Shown: positions 9,326 through 21,986, counted from the stretch's first letter. The stretch is DNA of 64,000 bases from Octopus vulgaris (GCA_951406725.2 OX597818.1:42408001-42472000); one strand, 5' to 3'. Numbers and translations are program-made. Notes: generated by a model not told the origin, from the sequence alone.

Positions 9326-12309
9326 TATACCTTTCTGGTAGGGATTCCTTCTGAAGGGCAGAAGTATTGTTTCTCAAATACAAAGATTCATCTGTCATAA
9401 TATAGCTTTTGAGTGAGACATTGTGAAGTGAATTTTGTATGTTGGGAGTCAGAAATAATTTTGTAAAAGGTTCTTAATAGATGTATATGCTTTGCCAATG
9501 TAAAGCATGAGTTTACAATTGTGACTGGGTGAGTACTGCAATTTAAGAATAGGTTTCATTTAATAATCACAGTTTGTTTATTAGAACAAAACGTAATATT
9601 TTACGTTTTTCTGACCAATAGTCACCTTGAACGTTTGTGCATTTAATATGCGATTTGGGTTTGTTCAATTTCCTGGCAATGCTTATTTGATTATTCCTAC
9701 TGTTTCCAACAAGAGCTTGATGCTATCTCTGCATTACAAACGAATTTCTAAGGTGCTTGCAAGAGTATTATAGAGGTGATTTGCAGCAAGCTCTATAGAT
9801 GACTACAGCTGGAGTAGGCTACTTGAGTATAGCATTTATGGTAACAAGAGTGAAACATCAGTTTCCTCTAGAATGACCATGTTTGCTGATTAGAAATGGC
9901 ATCTTCAAGAGAAAAAGTAGCTCTGTTGCACACCATTTGCAGGTAATGGGACAGTTTATTGAATTAATTGGAGAAGGAAAGACTTTAGAACATCAATAGA
10001 ATAGTTAGGTACAGAGGAGATACAGCACAAATGTGCCAGTCTACAAAGTCCTAAAAAGTAGATTAGGTTGTGGTCTAGGGATCAACAGTGTTCTAAATCT
10101 GAGAATTGGTCATAAGAATTAACTGTAGTCATTTCCTTAAAGGTATATGTGGAGCAGATTGCAGTATTGTGGCTTTAGATTTGAGGCCATTTATGGTTCA
10201 CAATCAAATCTGACTGAGAAGGGAGGAGAGCATTTGGATATGTTACGAGAGATTAGAACAAAGCACAATAATTTGGATCTTAACCTATACATTTGGCATT
10301 GTTAGAGATAGGATTTTACAAACTTAGCTGAAGAAATTCGGGTTTAGAAAAGCTTAACCATGGCTAGGGTAGTTAAGTAGAAGTATGTTTTGGCAGTCTT
10401 AGATTCACTCTCTGAGGAAATATATTATCACAGCTGGAAATAACTTAGATCATAGGGCTGATTAGCAGTTAAACAACCTGGTAAAGATTTTTTTTTATGA
10501 CTGAAATTGAATCTCTTGCAAAGTTTTGATCATGTAGTTCAAGGAACGAAGTAGTAATCATCATTATAGGCCAGGAATTTGTTGGTCTGGGTGCAATTCT
10601 ACAGAAAGTCAAACAAATCAGTTAATTAGGAGCAAATTCCGAGTATAGAAGCAAAGCCTACAGAATAAAATTGGTATATTATGACTGGCTGGTGGAAAGA
10701 TTCTGTATACACAGATTTAATTAGCAATGGGTACCTTCAAATGCCTAGAAGTTGACAGCCAAAGTATAAGGACATGGTGACTAAATTGAGGTAGGTATTA
10801 CTTTTGCCAGCAATGTGAAAGGAACATTATGTAATGCATGATGTACAAAGATATTGTATGTACATTAAATGTACTGATTAGAAAGCATACTTGTGGTGTC
10901 AACTAGAGCATCCAAGGAAATTTTGTGCAGACACACAACAGAGTTTGCTGGAAGATTCAACAATGCTCTGAATTACAGGTACAATTCATTTTGCCAGCTG
11001 AGTAGTCTGGAGAAATGTGAAATAAGGTATCATGCTCTGGGACAATCCACTGCTAAGTATCAAACTCACATCCTAAGATTGTGAACCAAATACTCTAACC
11101 ACTAAGCCATGTGCCTTCACTATTACACTAAGTAGAACAAAGTGACCTATGCTGCATTAATAATCTTGTTTCATGCTAACAACCCTTTAAATGATGACAA
11201 AATCCAAGTAAAATACAATTGCTGGCTCTGGAATTATTTTCCTTCCATATTCTTCATACAGTCAAAATTCTATACAACTCCAAACTGAACAAAAGTTGCT
11301 AGAACAGTACTCTGATATATATGTATGTATGTATGTGTGTGTATATATATATATGTATGTATATACATACATATGTGTTACAATGTTCTACAGTACTCTG
11401 GCAAACAAATGCTTTAGTGAACTTGCTAGATGGAAATTGCAGGAGCCTATTTTGTGTGTGTTGGTTTGTTTACATCACCTATAACTTAAAGGTTCAATAA
11501 AAAGTGACCAGTAGAATAAGTACCAAACTTAAATACAGCATTGGTGTAGTCTAGTGACTAATAAACAAAAGAAATTCATTGTTTTTTTTTTTATCAATTT
11601 ATTTTTAAAAATTCTTTAAAACCATAAAAATATTTTAATAAATACATAGTTGAAACAAAGTAGTAATTCGATTTCAGAAAAAACAGTTGAATAATATTAA
11701 ATACATAGTGCATTGAGCCTTGAGATCAAGAAATGTTTCAGATAAAGGTAGATTAACTGCTTTTCACCATTATGGTTGTTTAACCTCTATAGATCTTCAG
11801 GGAAACACTATTGTGTTACAGAGAACTAAAGTCTGAACTTTGGTAAGTATTTTGTGAGATAAGCAGAAAGATGAAACAAAAGAAAGCCTGAACAGAAGTG
11901 GAAAATGTGTATGTTGAGGGTAGAGTTAGGTAGACACAAACTGGAGAAATCCATACTATACTAGTGTTACCACTCATGACAACTTAGGAAGTATCCTTCT
12001 ACCACTGGGTATATCAAGAAATATAATTTAACCCACTCATACAAAATGAAATTAATACTAATTTTTTTTTTTTTTAAACCCTTAAAATTAAATGTAACAG
12101 ATAAAATATTTTTAAAAAATGAACAAGATTGTGTTGATTTTATTTAATGGGAAATTCACTGGGACTTAAATGTTACTTTCGTCATAAAATATGACTGGCA
12201 AAGTGTAGGTTATCAAATCCCTATACATTGAAACCAACAAGAGCAAGTTCATTATATGCATTCCCTATCCTTCATGCTTCCTTCACTGAGTATTTCTTTT
12301 AACTGCCAG

Positions 12310-12547
12310 GAATATTTAGGCATAACTTTTGAACACCTGATGAAGTTTTCATCTATTATTGCACCAAGAATGGCTAAGGTGCTTTAAGATTATTACTGGT
12401 TGCTGGGTCTAAACCACCAAAGTAGAAAAAGTTTTTAAAAAAAGGTGTTTATTGGAGGAGGCATTCTTCAAAATATTTTTATATAGTTTATCCAAGTAAA
12501 ATTATACAGTAGGTTCCAACATGACCTAAATGTTGAAGTCCAAGTGT
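12310..12547. repeat. ~230-bp dispersed direct duplication, copy 1
   Basis: Near-identical to 13971-14194. Confidence 0.85.
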
Positions 12548-13200
12548 GCACCCCTTTTGTTTCTCATTCCTTCCTATATACATAATGTAAAGCATGTCTG
12601 GAGAAATCAACTTCTTTACCGGTTATTATATATGCACTTATTAACATAGCAACTAAATTATGAAAACTTGCATGGGTGTTAGTTGCAGCTGAACTTATAA
12701 ATATGGTAATCCTTAATGATTAGAAAATAACTTAGACAATATCAAACTGGATTCAATATAACTGGACATGCTTTCAAACTGCATTCTGTACAATAAAATA
12801 TTGGAAATATACAAAGGCTTTTAGTTCAACTATACAGTAATGTATCCTAAGAATGGTAGTTAAATAATTTGACTAGTAACTATTTGAACTCTATGATAAA
12901 AATATATCATCATATGCACTTGCATTATCTCATCACTACCATTATGTTTTAACAGTTGTTTTCCCAAATTGGAAGGGTAGAACAATTCTAAGAGATTTAA
13001 AGGATAGTTTGATCACTTACAGAGAAGCTCATGACCAAGTTTTTATCTCTTCAGAGAAAAGGGTATGATTGATGAATTAATTTTATTGGCCTTGGAGTTA
13101 GGGAAGGCAAAGTGAACTCTAACATGATTTGAAGTCAGAATGTAGGTTAAAAATATGGAACATTTAAATAGCTAAATACTTATTTCTGTCAACTCTTTAA

Positions 13201-13399
13201 CCTTTTTGTTACCATATTTCTGTTGAGATGCTCTTTCAATTAATTCTAAACAAAGAATTTAGTAAAATAATTATCATTAAGATGGTGTTAGGAACAAATT
13301 GTGACTGAGGTTTGGAAGATTTTAATTCAGACTGTTTGAAAACAAAACATTTGTACTACAGAGCCAGACGTAATTTCAGCAGGGTTGGTATCAAAAGGA
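13201..13399. mobile_element. piggyBac-like MITE
   Basis: TTAA flanks, CCTTTT..TACC / GGTATCAAAAGG termini; same family as 42227 and 54577. Confidence 0.7.
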
Positions 13400-13970
13400 T
13401 TAAGAAAAAACATGTATAAAAAAAATTTTTTACTTATAAAAGGATATAAAAAAAATACAATTATGCATTTGGGTGTGAAAACGAAATTTAATTTGGATAT
13501 GTAGAAAAAAAATGGGAAGTTCTGCATATCAGTCATTTATCTGTTAAATTGGAAAAGGTGGACGGTACTTGTAACCTTTTGTATAGGTCTTAAAGGTTAC
13601 TTTTAAAGTTTTAGTCTGAGACGGAGAGGCATTTACAAAAACTAGATTTATAGATTCATGTTGGGAGGAGAGAGGAGTACAAAAATTGTGGGAGAATCAG
13701 TCTAAGGATCTGATGTATTTAATATGGGATCTAAGATGTGAAGCTAGATGTCAACTACAGCACAAGCCAAGCTCTTGTCAAGAAACATAAGCTAAAATTG
13801 TTAACGTTATCAACACCCAGTCTACTCTGTAAAGTGGTTGGCATTAGAAAGGGCATCCAGGTGTATAAGCCATGTCAAAACAGTGAAACCTGGTGCAGTT
13901 CTCTAGCTTACCACCTGTCAAACAAACCAACCCATGCCAGCATGGAAGACATATTAAATGATGATATCAA

Positions 13971-14194
13971 GAATATTTAGGCATAGCTATTGAACACCTG
14001 ATGTAGTTTTCATCTATTGCACCAAGAATGGCTAAGGTGCTTTAAGATTATTAGTGGTTGCTGAATCTAAACCACCAAAATAGAAAAAGTAGAAAAAAAG
14101 AGGGAGGTATTCTTCAAAATATTTTTATAATAGTTTATCCAAGTAAAATTGTACAGCAGGTTCCAACATGACCTAAATGTTGAAGTCCAAGTGT
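13971..14194. repeat. ~230-bp dispersed direct duplication, copy 2
   Basis: Near-identical to 12310-12547. Confidence 0.85.
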
Positions 14195-15739
14195 TTTACA
14201 GCAGGGTTACCATTCCTAACATAAACCAGGAACATTTTTCTAAATTAGGTGAGTTTAAACAAGTAGAATAATTACAGCATAATACAATGCCTGGAACAGG
14301 ATTTCGTCTCACAACTCATTTAATCTACCTCAGAATTTCAAAAATGGCACTGGTTGCTGGCTGAGAAATCTCTGCTTACATTTAAATAAATTAGAAAATA
14401 ATTCCTTAGCAGCCAGATGTCAGTGACTATATAGTTATTTTTAGGATCATAATTGAAGAATTTAATCAATTCAATCAAACAGGTAAGTTTTTTGGCGAAA
14501 ACAAACTGCCAACCAAAGTAACAAAAAAAGTGGGGATGGGGGGGGAATTGTTATACCGTTGCACACCCGCAAACAAACACATATCAAAATTACAATATTC
14601 AGCAGGTTAGACACATAATTCTTTACTTTAATAAGTTTTTGTCTCATATATATATCTTCATGTCATATTTTGAGGTTAGAAACATTGCATGTTATATTAA
14701 TAGTATTTCCAAATACTATTATAATAATAGTATTTTCCAAATACTATATAATAATAGTATTTTCATCACAAAAATATCTTCAGAGTTGATCATTGCCGAT
14801 GTTTTTCAATTCGGTGACTAAATTTCCGTGAAAAACCAAACATCTCGAGGTATCAACACGAAAAAGCCATTCTGATTATATACTTAGCTAATGATAAACG
14901 GAGACCATCTGAATACCATATAAAGTAAATTTAAACCAATTACACACATCATTAAAGATTGTTTTGCTGGTTCAATAATTGTAAAAAATTCTGTGTTGTG
15001 CAAGTTTTACAACAAATAGTGCCCGGTAGCTTAAACATTGAGAAAAAAATTGAAACCATGCAAGGTAATGAATATGTTCAACTAGTTGGATATATTATAA
15101 AGTGCTGCGCAATTTTGAGGTACCAAACTATAAATACACTGTTCGTCTATCTTCAAAAACAAATTTTAGTCACCTTAACAATTGAGAAAAAAAATTATTT
15201 CTTATCTTGACATCAACTACTATTTCGAAGTAGAATTCTGCAATGACTGTTCAGTAATAATTATAAAATACAAGAAATGTTTCGCATATAAGAAAAACAA
15301 TAAATAATGAAAGACAAAACTTTGAGTAACTTTGCGAATGCCCAAAAATAATCAGTTTTATGCTAGAATGTTCTTAAGAAATGAGTTGTGCTTAATTAGC
15401 AACAAAGGTTAACTTTGGTTTCATTAGAAGCAATATTTAGCTTTCAGATGGTGTCGGAGATAACACTAGATTGATAATGCAAGTCCACCTTAGAAATTGA
15501 TAACAGTGGACAAGTAAATTATTAAGGTCTTGGGGAAAAGCGGTGGGTGTTGAATGTTCAAGCTAATAATTAATAAAATAAAGATTTTCTTTATAGAAAA
15601 TATCAACAGTGAATATAACAGATTAACAACTATTACTACTGCCTATAAAATTAAATGATGCTTTAACAAGAATCCCATGAAACAGTAAATTTTAAAAAAT
15701 ATAGATTTCAATTTTAATTGAATGTAGCTATAAGGTAGT

Positions 15740-15779
<40 letters not shown>

Positions 15780-16283
15780 AAGTTAGGTACTTGTCAATTG
15801 TCGTGGTCCCGGTTTTGCACACGCGAATTCGCGCGCGCGCGCGCGCCAGACGTAGGTACTCGATACTCGAGATCCTACGAGGTGACTTGCGCATGCGCAG
15901 TGCAGAATTCGCGCGTGCGCGTTAACCCCCCCCCCCTAAAAAAAAAGGTGTTGGATTTCACTAAAAATATATGTGTGTGTGTGTGTGTGTATATATAACA
16001 TTTTCAATTTTACACAAAAAAATTACATAGTCGCTTTCCTCGCGGATTTACAGAGAAATGAATTAATTACTATTTTACAGAATAAAATTAATGAATTAAT
16101 TATATAAATTAAATAATTCTTGAAAATTAATTAATATTAATAATATTTTTTGAACAAAGTAAATAATTTATAAAACTTGGTTAATCATTTTTTTTACACA
16201 AACGCGAACGTATATAATTTGTGAAACTTTTTTTTTTTTACAGACGTATATAATTTGGTAAACTTAATGAATTAATTTCTTCT

Positions 16284-16704
16284 CATCATCATCATCGTTT
16301 AACGTCCGTTCTCCATGCCAGCATGGGTTGGACGGTTCGACCGGGATCTGGGAAGCCAGAAGGCTGCACCAGACTCCAGTCTTATCTGGCAATGTTTCTA
16401 CAGCTGGATGCCCTTCCTAACGCCAACCACTCCGAGAGTGTAGTGGGTGCTTTTTACATGCCACCCGCACAGGTGCCAGGCGAGGCTGGCAACGGCCACG
16501 GTCGGATTGGTGCCAGTCGAGGCGGCTCTGGCATCGGCCACGATTCGGATAGTGCTTTTTACGTACCACCAGTCCAGGGTCCTGGCATTTGCCGGGTGCC
16601 ACACTTGCCCCAACATGTCTTCGCAAGCAAAGGGGGTTGGCATGGGTGCCTGTCGTGGGATGAGGTTCGATATCAACTTCGCTTGCCTCAACAGGTCTTT
16701 GTGT
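16284..16704 (-). mobile_element. RTE-associated (ATG)n-tailed retroelement fragment in left arm
   Basis: (CAT)n-CGTTTAACGTCCG...GCATGGGTTGGACGG family; mirrored at 17817-18240. Confidence 0.85.
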
Positions 16705-17150
16705 ATAAATGTATAAATTTTTCGCACTAAATTCTTTCCGTAGAATTTATAAAAAAACGCGCAAAATTATTCCGTAGACTTTATCAAATTAAAAAACGCA
16801 AAATTAATATATTTTTTGAAATTGCAAATTATTTAGAATATAAAACAAATTAAGTTAAATTTTAAAAATAAATGTCATATACTTATACTCTGTAAGGTGC
16901 TGTGTTCACACTTCAATTTACTATTTTCTAGAAATGTTGCTTTTCTAATTGAAACAATTTTTCTCAATCTCCATTTAAAAGTCCATAATGCCTCTTGAGC
17001 CATATCAAAATGAACAACTTTGAATTACCCGGTGGTGGTGGTGTGAGGTTCTAATTTTTTTTCTGATCTCTCTTTGCCCCCCCTAGATGGAGGTGTGGTG
17101 GGGAGACAGATGAAAGATGTTTCATTCTCTACTATATATGTATATATATA

Positions 17151-17187
<37 letters not shown>

Positions 17188-17816
17188 CTTAAACCTACAC
17201 GATATAGTCTATAAATTTGGGATGTTTTTGAAAGATAATATATTTTGTCATCAGAATATATATACTTTCTCACACTACAATTAAGATATATTTATTTTAA
17301 ATCGTTCATCTTTTCCCGCGACAACAAAAATTGGGCGCGAAAATTTTTCTAAATATTAGCTGAATGAACAACTGAGATAAAGAGGGGGCAAAGAGAGATC
17401 AGAAAAAAAATTAGAACCTCACACCACCATCACCACCACCGGGTAATTCAAAGTTGTTCATTTTGATATGGCTCAAGAGGCATTATGGACTTTTAAATGG
17501 AGATTGAGAAAAATTGTTTCAATTAGAAAAGCAACATTTCTAGAAAATAGTAAATTGAAGTGTGAACACAGCACCTTACAGAGTATAAGTATATGACATT
17601 TATTTTTAAAATTTAACTTAAGCACCTTACAGAGTATAAGTATATGACATTTATTTTTAAAATTTAACTTAATTTGTTTTATATTCTAAATAATTTGCAA
17701 TTTCAAAAAATATATTAATTTTGCGTTTTTTAATTTGATAAAGTCTACGGAATAATTTTGCGCGTTTTTTTATAAATTCTACGGAAAGAATTTAGTGCGA
17801 AAAATTTATACATTTA

Positions 17817-18240
17817 TACACAAAGACCTGTTGAGGCAAGCGAAGTTGATATCGAACCTCATCCCACGACAGGCACCCATGCCAACCCCCTTTGCTTGCG
17901 AAGACATGTTGGGGCAAGTGTGGCACCCGGCAAATGCCAGGACCCCTGGACTGGTAGTACGTAAAAAGCACTATCCGAATCGTGGCCGATGCCAGAGCCG
18001 CCTCGACTGGCACCAATCCGACCGTGGCCGTTGCCAGCCTCGCCTGGCACCTGTGCGGGTGGCATGTAAAAAGCACCCACTACACTCTCGGAGTGGTTGG
18101 CGTTAGGAAGGGCATCCAGCTGTAGAAACATTGCCAGATAAGACTGGAGTCTGGTGCAGCCTTCTGGCTTCCCAGATCCCCGGTCGAACCGTCCAACCCA
18201 TGCTGGCATGGAGAACGGACGTTAAACGATGATGATGATG
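17817..18240 (+). mobile_element. Mirror copy of the retroelement fragment in right arm
   Basis: Reverse complement of 16284-16704 with ~2 differences. Confidence 0.85.
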
Positions 18241-18525
18241 AGAAGAAATTAATTCATTAAGTTTACCAAATTATATACGTCTGTAAAAAAAAAAAGTTTC
18301 ACAAATTATATACGTTCGCGTTTGTGTAAAAAAAATGATTAACCAAGTTTTATAAATTATTTACTTTGTTCAAAAAATATTATTAATATTAATTAATTTT
18401 CAAGAATTATTTAATTTATATAATTAATTCATTAATTTTATTCTGTAAAATAGTAATTAATTCATTTCTCTGTAAATCCGCGAGGAAAGCGACTATGTAA
18501 TTTTTTTGTGTAAAATTGAAAATGT

Positions 18526-18564
<39 letters not shown>

Positions 18565-19249
18565 TTTTAGTGAAATCCAACACCTTTTTTTTTAGGGGGG
18601 GGTTTAACGCGCACGCGCGAATTCTGCACTGCGCATGCGCAAGTCACCTCGTAGGATCTCGAGTATCGAGTACCTACGTCTGGCGCGCGCGCGCGCGCGA
18701 ATTCGCGTGTGCAAAACCGGGACCACGACAATTGACAAGTACCTTGAAGTTATATCTATTAAAAAAAAATTGAAAAATCTAAGCATATTTTTTTTTTAAA
18801 AAGTGTATTAAGATTACATTTACATAGTCATTCATTGTCTTTCCAGAGACAGATTGCCGACGTGTTTAAAAAGATGACAATTTACAAAACATTTCAAAGT
18901 TGTTTTATGTCAAGTTCTTTTGGTTTTATTTTATTACCTAATGACAGTAAAATAGATTTTTTTTTCCTTAAAATTAAACCAATTTTAAATTAAAAAAAAA
19001 AAAAAAAGAGGGAGAGGGGCCAGGGATTTTATTTATAAATAACAAAAAAACATTAATCAAGGAACTTCCTAAATTTTGTGATCATGTAATTCGATCACAA
19101 TTTGTTAACTCAATTTTATATATTTACACCAAACTAAAAACTGCAAAACAAAACCATGTGCAAAAATGACAAATGACAGATGATTTTTCAAAGTCCTGAA
19201 ATATCTTATGATCTTAATATTTATACCTTCTATTGCAAATATAAACATT

Positions 19250-21106
19250 TTACATAATGCAGCAACTCGGTGTCTTTTTTAATTTTTTAGTAAGAGGAGA
19301 ACTTTCTTCATTACCTGAAATTTGAATATTTGTTTCATGTGGATCTGAATTTGGAAGTGATTCACTATGTGAAGAGGCACGAGGTAAAGATGAACCCTTA
19401 TTAACATATTCTATTGCCTCTTCGGCTAGTTCCAAACCTTCTTCAATAACATCAACGAAACTTTTACAAGGACTGCTAGGTTCAACCACAGAGATAGAAC
19501 TCATTTCTGCAACAACCAGTGGTTCTATAACAGTTACTATTTCTGCAGGACAAGTTGATTCGGTATCTAATTGTGACTGAGATCCTATAACAGAATGGGA
19601 CGAATCGGGCCTCAGAGTTGAAGATGATGACATGTTCATTTCATCCGCATAGTTTACTGCCTCATCGGAAGTTGAATTAATTTTCTCTGATATATCAGTG
19701 GCTTTTTCAAATTCATTGTCAGGTGAAGGTTTTGAGGTTGAACCCAACTCCATTTGATTTTCACTAACCGATTCTGGAGCAGCGTTGCTATTTTTAGTTC
19801 CATTTTTAGAACTAGTACCAAAATTTATTTCATGCTCTATGTGGTAATAACCAGAGATGCCTTTTCGTTTTAACATTGAGCAGAGTTGTATACTACCTAC
19901 AGGCTGGCAGCCAAAATAGCTTTCGATAAATTCCTCATAAACGTCAGGATAAATCTTTTTCAATCCTGTCTTTTTAGTTAATTTTTTACCAACCCTCGAT
20001 AACTTCATCACAGTAACATGAGGCTTGAAATCTGATTGTTTTCCAACTAACCCTTCTGCAAAGAACTGCGCTTGAATTTCTTCAGCAATTTCTTCCAACT
20101 TTGCAACATGGTCTCCTGGCTGGACTTTAGCAAAAACTACTGAATTTCTAAAGTTTCCTAGACCTTGTAAAGGAAGCTTTAACAACTCCTTTTCATATTT
20201 TGGTGTCAGTTTAACTCCAGACCGATCTAATGCTGCTCTAGCCCGGTCTATATCGTCGTCTCCCCCTAAATGCATCACTGCAAGCGTCATGTGAAGACTA
20301 TGAAGCGGTACAACTGCCAAGGAATAATTTCCATTTTTTTTCATAACAGATTTCTGTACATCTTTTAAATTTGTATTAATTTCTGTATCAGAAAACTGGA
20401 TTGAAATAAAATAATTTGGAATTGGTTTGGACGACTTTTTATTTTGCTTTTTCGTTCGTGTTTCTTCGTCACTAAACACGGTTAAAATCGAATTATCATC
20501 ACTTAAATCATTAAAAGTTACTGTTGCACTTTCTTCATCGATAACTGTCTGTTTCGTAACACTGTCATTGCACTCCGAAGATGTCAAGACTTCACCCTCA
20601 GGAACAACCGTTATGTTTTCTGCCTCTTGTTTATCAATAAAAGTTTTAGGGCTAAAAGTTGGAGAAACAGTTTCGTCTACGAGAAAAGTTGTATTAGTTA
20701 ATTGATTTTCCTCTTCAGTATAAGAGTTATCGTTGAAATTACAAGGACTCTTTACAATGTCAGCCTGAGGGACTATTCCACCACGAATTTTTTCTGTCAC
20801 TGAGTCTAATAAAGATTTAGGAAGAATGCGCGACTTAAGTTTTGACTTTGTGTCTTGTATTGATTCGGGAGGAGAAATATCAGCTTTCGGAGGAGGGTCA
20901 GAATCACTTGCTGACATTTCTGAAGACAGTGACGGAGACATAGTAAGGCATTCATCACGGGAAGAAGGATTGTTCGTTGAAGAAGTATCTGTATCGCTAT
21001 AACCCCAGTCCATGTTTAGTGTAAGCTGCGACAACTTCAACGGTGGCTGCAGAGCGCCTATGACACCATGAAAGTTAATAAACAACTTCGACACAGAGCG
21101 AGACAT
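19250..21106 (-). CDS. AKAP7: AKAP7 (gamma/delta)-like 2H phosphoesterase, single coding exon; likely start at Met32 (21013)
   Basis: 618-aa ORF; PNYFISI start of domain, two HxT motifs (SLHMTL, FKPHVTVMKL), FGCQ..IQLCSM..GYY; AAACATGG context at 21013; C-terminus KKLKKTPSCCIM. Confidence 0.85.
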   Translation of the reverse strand: MSRSVSKLFINFHGVIGALQPPLKLSQLTLNMDWGYSDTDTSSTNNPSSRDECLTMSPSLSSEMSASDSDPPPKADISPPESIQDTKSKLKSRILPKSLLDSVTEKIRGGIVPQADIVKSPCNFNDNSYTEEENQLTNTTFLVDETVSPTFSPKTFIDKQEAENITVVPEGEVLTSSECNDSVTKQTVIDEESATVTFNDLSDDNSILTVFSDEETRTKKQNKKSSKPIPNYFISIQFSDTEINTNLKDVQKSVMKKNGNYSLAVVPLHSLHMTLAVMHLGGDDDIDRARAALDRSGVKLTPKYEKELLKLPLQGLGNFRNSVVFAKVQPGDHVAKLEEIAEEIQAQFFAEGLVGKQSDFKPHVTVMKLSRVGKKLTKKTGLKKIYPDVYEEFIESYFGCQPVGSIQLCSMLKRKGISGYYHIEHEINFGTSSKNGTKNSNAAPESVSENQMELGSTSKPSPDNEFEKATDISEKINSTSDEAVNYADEMNMSSSSTLRPDSSHSVIGSQSQLDTESTCPAEIVTVIEPLVVAEMSSISVVEPSSPCKSFVDVIEEGLELAEEAIEYVNKGSSLPRASSHSESLPNSDPHETNIQISGNEESSPLTKKLKKTPSCCIM

Positions 21107-21120
21107 TCGAAATCAGACAA

Positions 21121-21133
21121 GTGCGCATGCGTG
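21121..21133. promoter_or_regulatory. NRF1-like motif upstream of the AKAP7-like ORF
   Basis: GTGCGCATGCGTG. Confidence 0.4.
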
Positions 21134-21939
21134 AAAATATGGTTTGGTGGCTCATTAGAATGTACGGTGTATGCTCGGTGCTTGTCACTATAATTAGGTT
21201 TCAAACTTAATTAATCTTTTAACGTTTTATCTCATTTACTTTTTGTCATATCAACAATGGGTGAAGGCTGGAATTATGTACTCGTCACGCTGATCAAACT
21301 AGGCGATGATTTTACTTTAAAAATAAGCAATAATTTACTTTTAAGTTTAATTAAACTTAAATGTTGAAGAGAATCGAACGGCTTTTGTGTGTTTCTTAAA
21401 TGGCTTACAAACACCTTCCACACTGCAATTGTTTTCGTTTCAGCACACGATCTCAGATCAAATCACTTGCTATGCAAGTACATCTCCGTAATAATTTACT
21501 TATTTTCACTCAAACCAAACTAGGCAAAACAGATCGGGGCAATCTATCGGTGTCTCTCTTCCATACCCGAAATTCTTTCAGCATAACTTCATGAAAATTT
21601 TAAATTTTCCATTTAATTTTGCAGAGAAACATTTCGAAGATGTCGATTACGACTGTGTTAGTAACATTTAAAAAAAAAATGATTATTTCAAATAATTTTC
21701 CACCCGCTCTCGATTCTGTTTCCTCATAACTCTCTTTAAAATGCATATTTTAAAATATTTTGCCGATAATTTTTTGAGTGAATTTCGAATCGTTCTTCCT
21801 CCTCCCACCTTGATTTTGATATCACTAATTCCCGTAACTTGTGTATTGTTCACTCGTGTTTTGTTTATTTATTTATTTCCGTTATATCTTTTGTCTTGTT
21901 TCTGTCATTGGAATGTGGTATCAAGCGCTGCTGGACACA

Positions 21940-21984
<45 letters not shown>

Positions 21985-21986
<2 letters not shown>

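Larger units (their letters stand above)
15786..18743. mobile_element. Non-autonomous foldback DNA transposon (Merlin- or MULE-like), ~1.3-kb inverted arms
   Basis: GGTAC...GTACC termini; 9-bp TSD TTGAAGTTA at 15777-15785 and 18744-18752; arms ~15786-17082 and ~17382-18743; no transposase ORF. Confidence 0.92.

Noticed and set aside
9700-10800. Possible ancient LINE RT relic (FDHV-like motif near 10525)
   Set aside because: Too degenerate to delimit or classify by eye
16323-18209. Overlapping 70-135 aa ORFs
   Set aside because: Recurrent translations of the GC-rich retroelement UTR, repeated throughout the window
15786-18743. Endogenous parvovirus/Polinton with terminal hairpins
   Set aside because: No Rep/capsid/polymerase ORF; 9-bp TSD and GG termini indicate a cut-and-paste transposon
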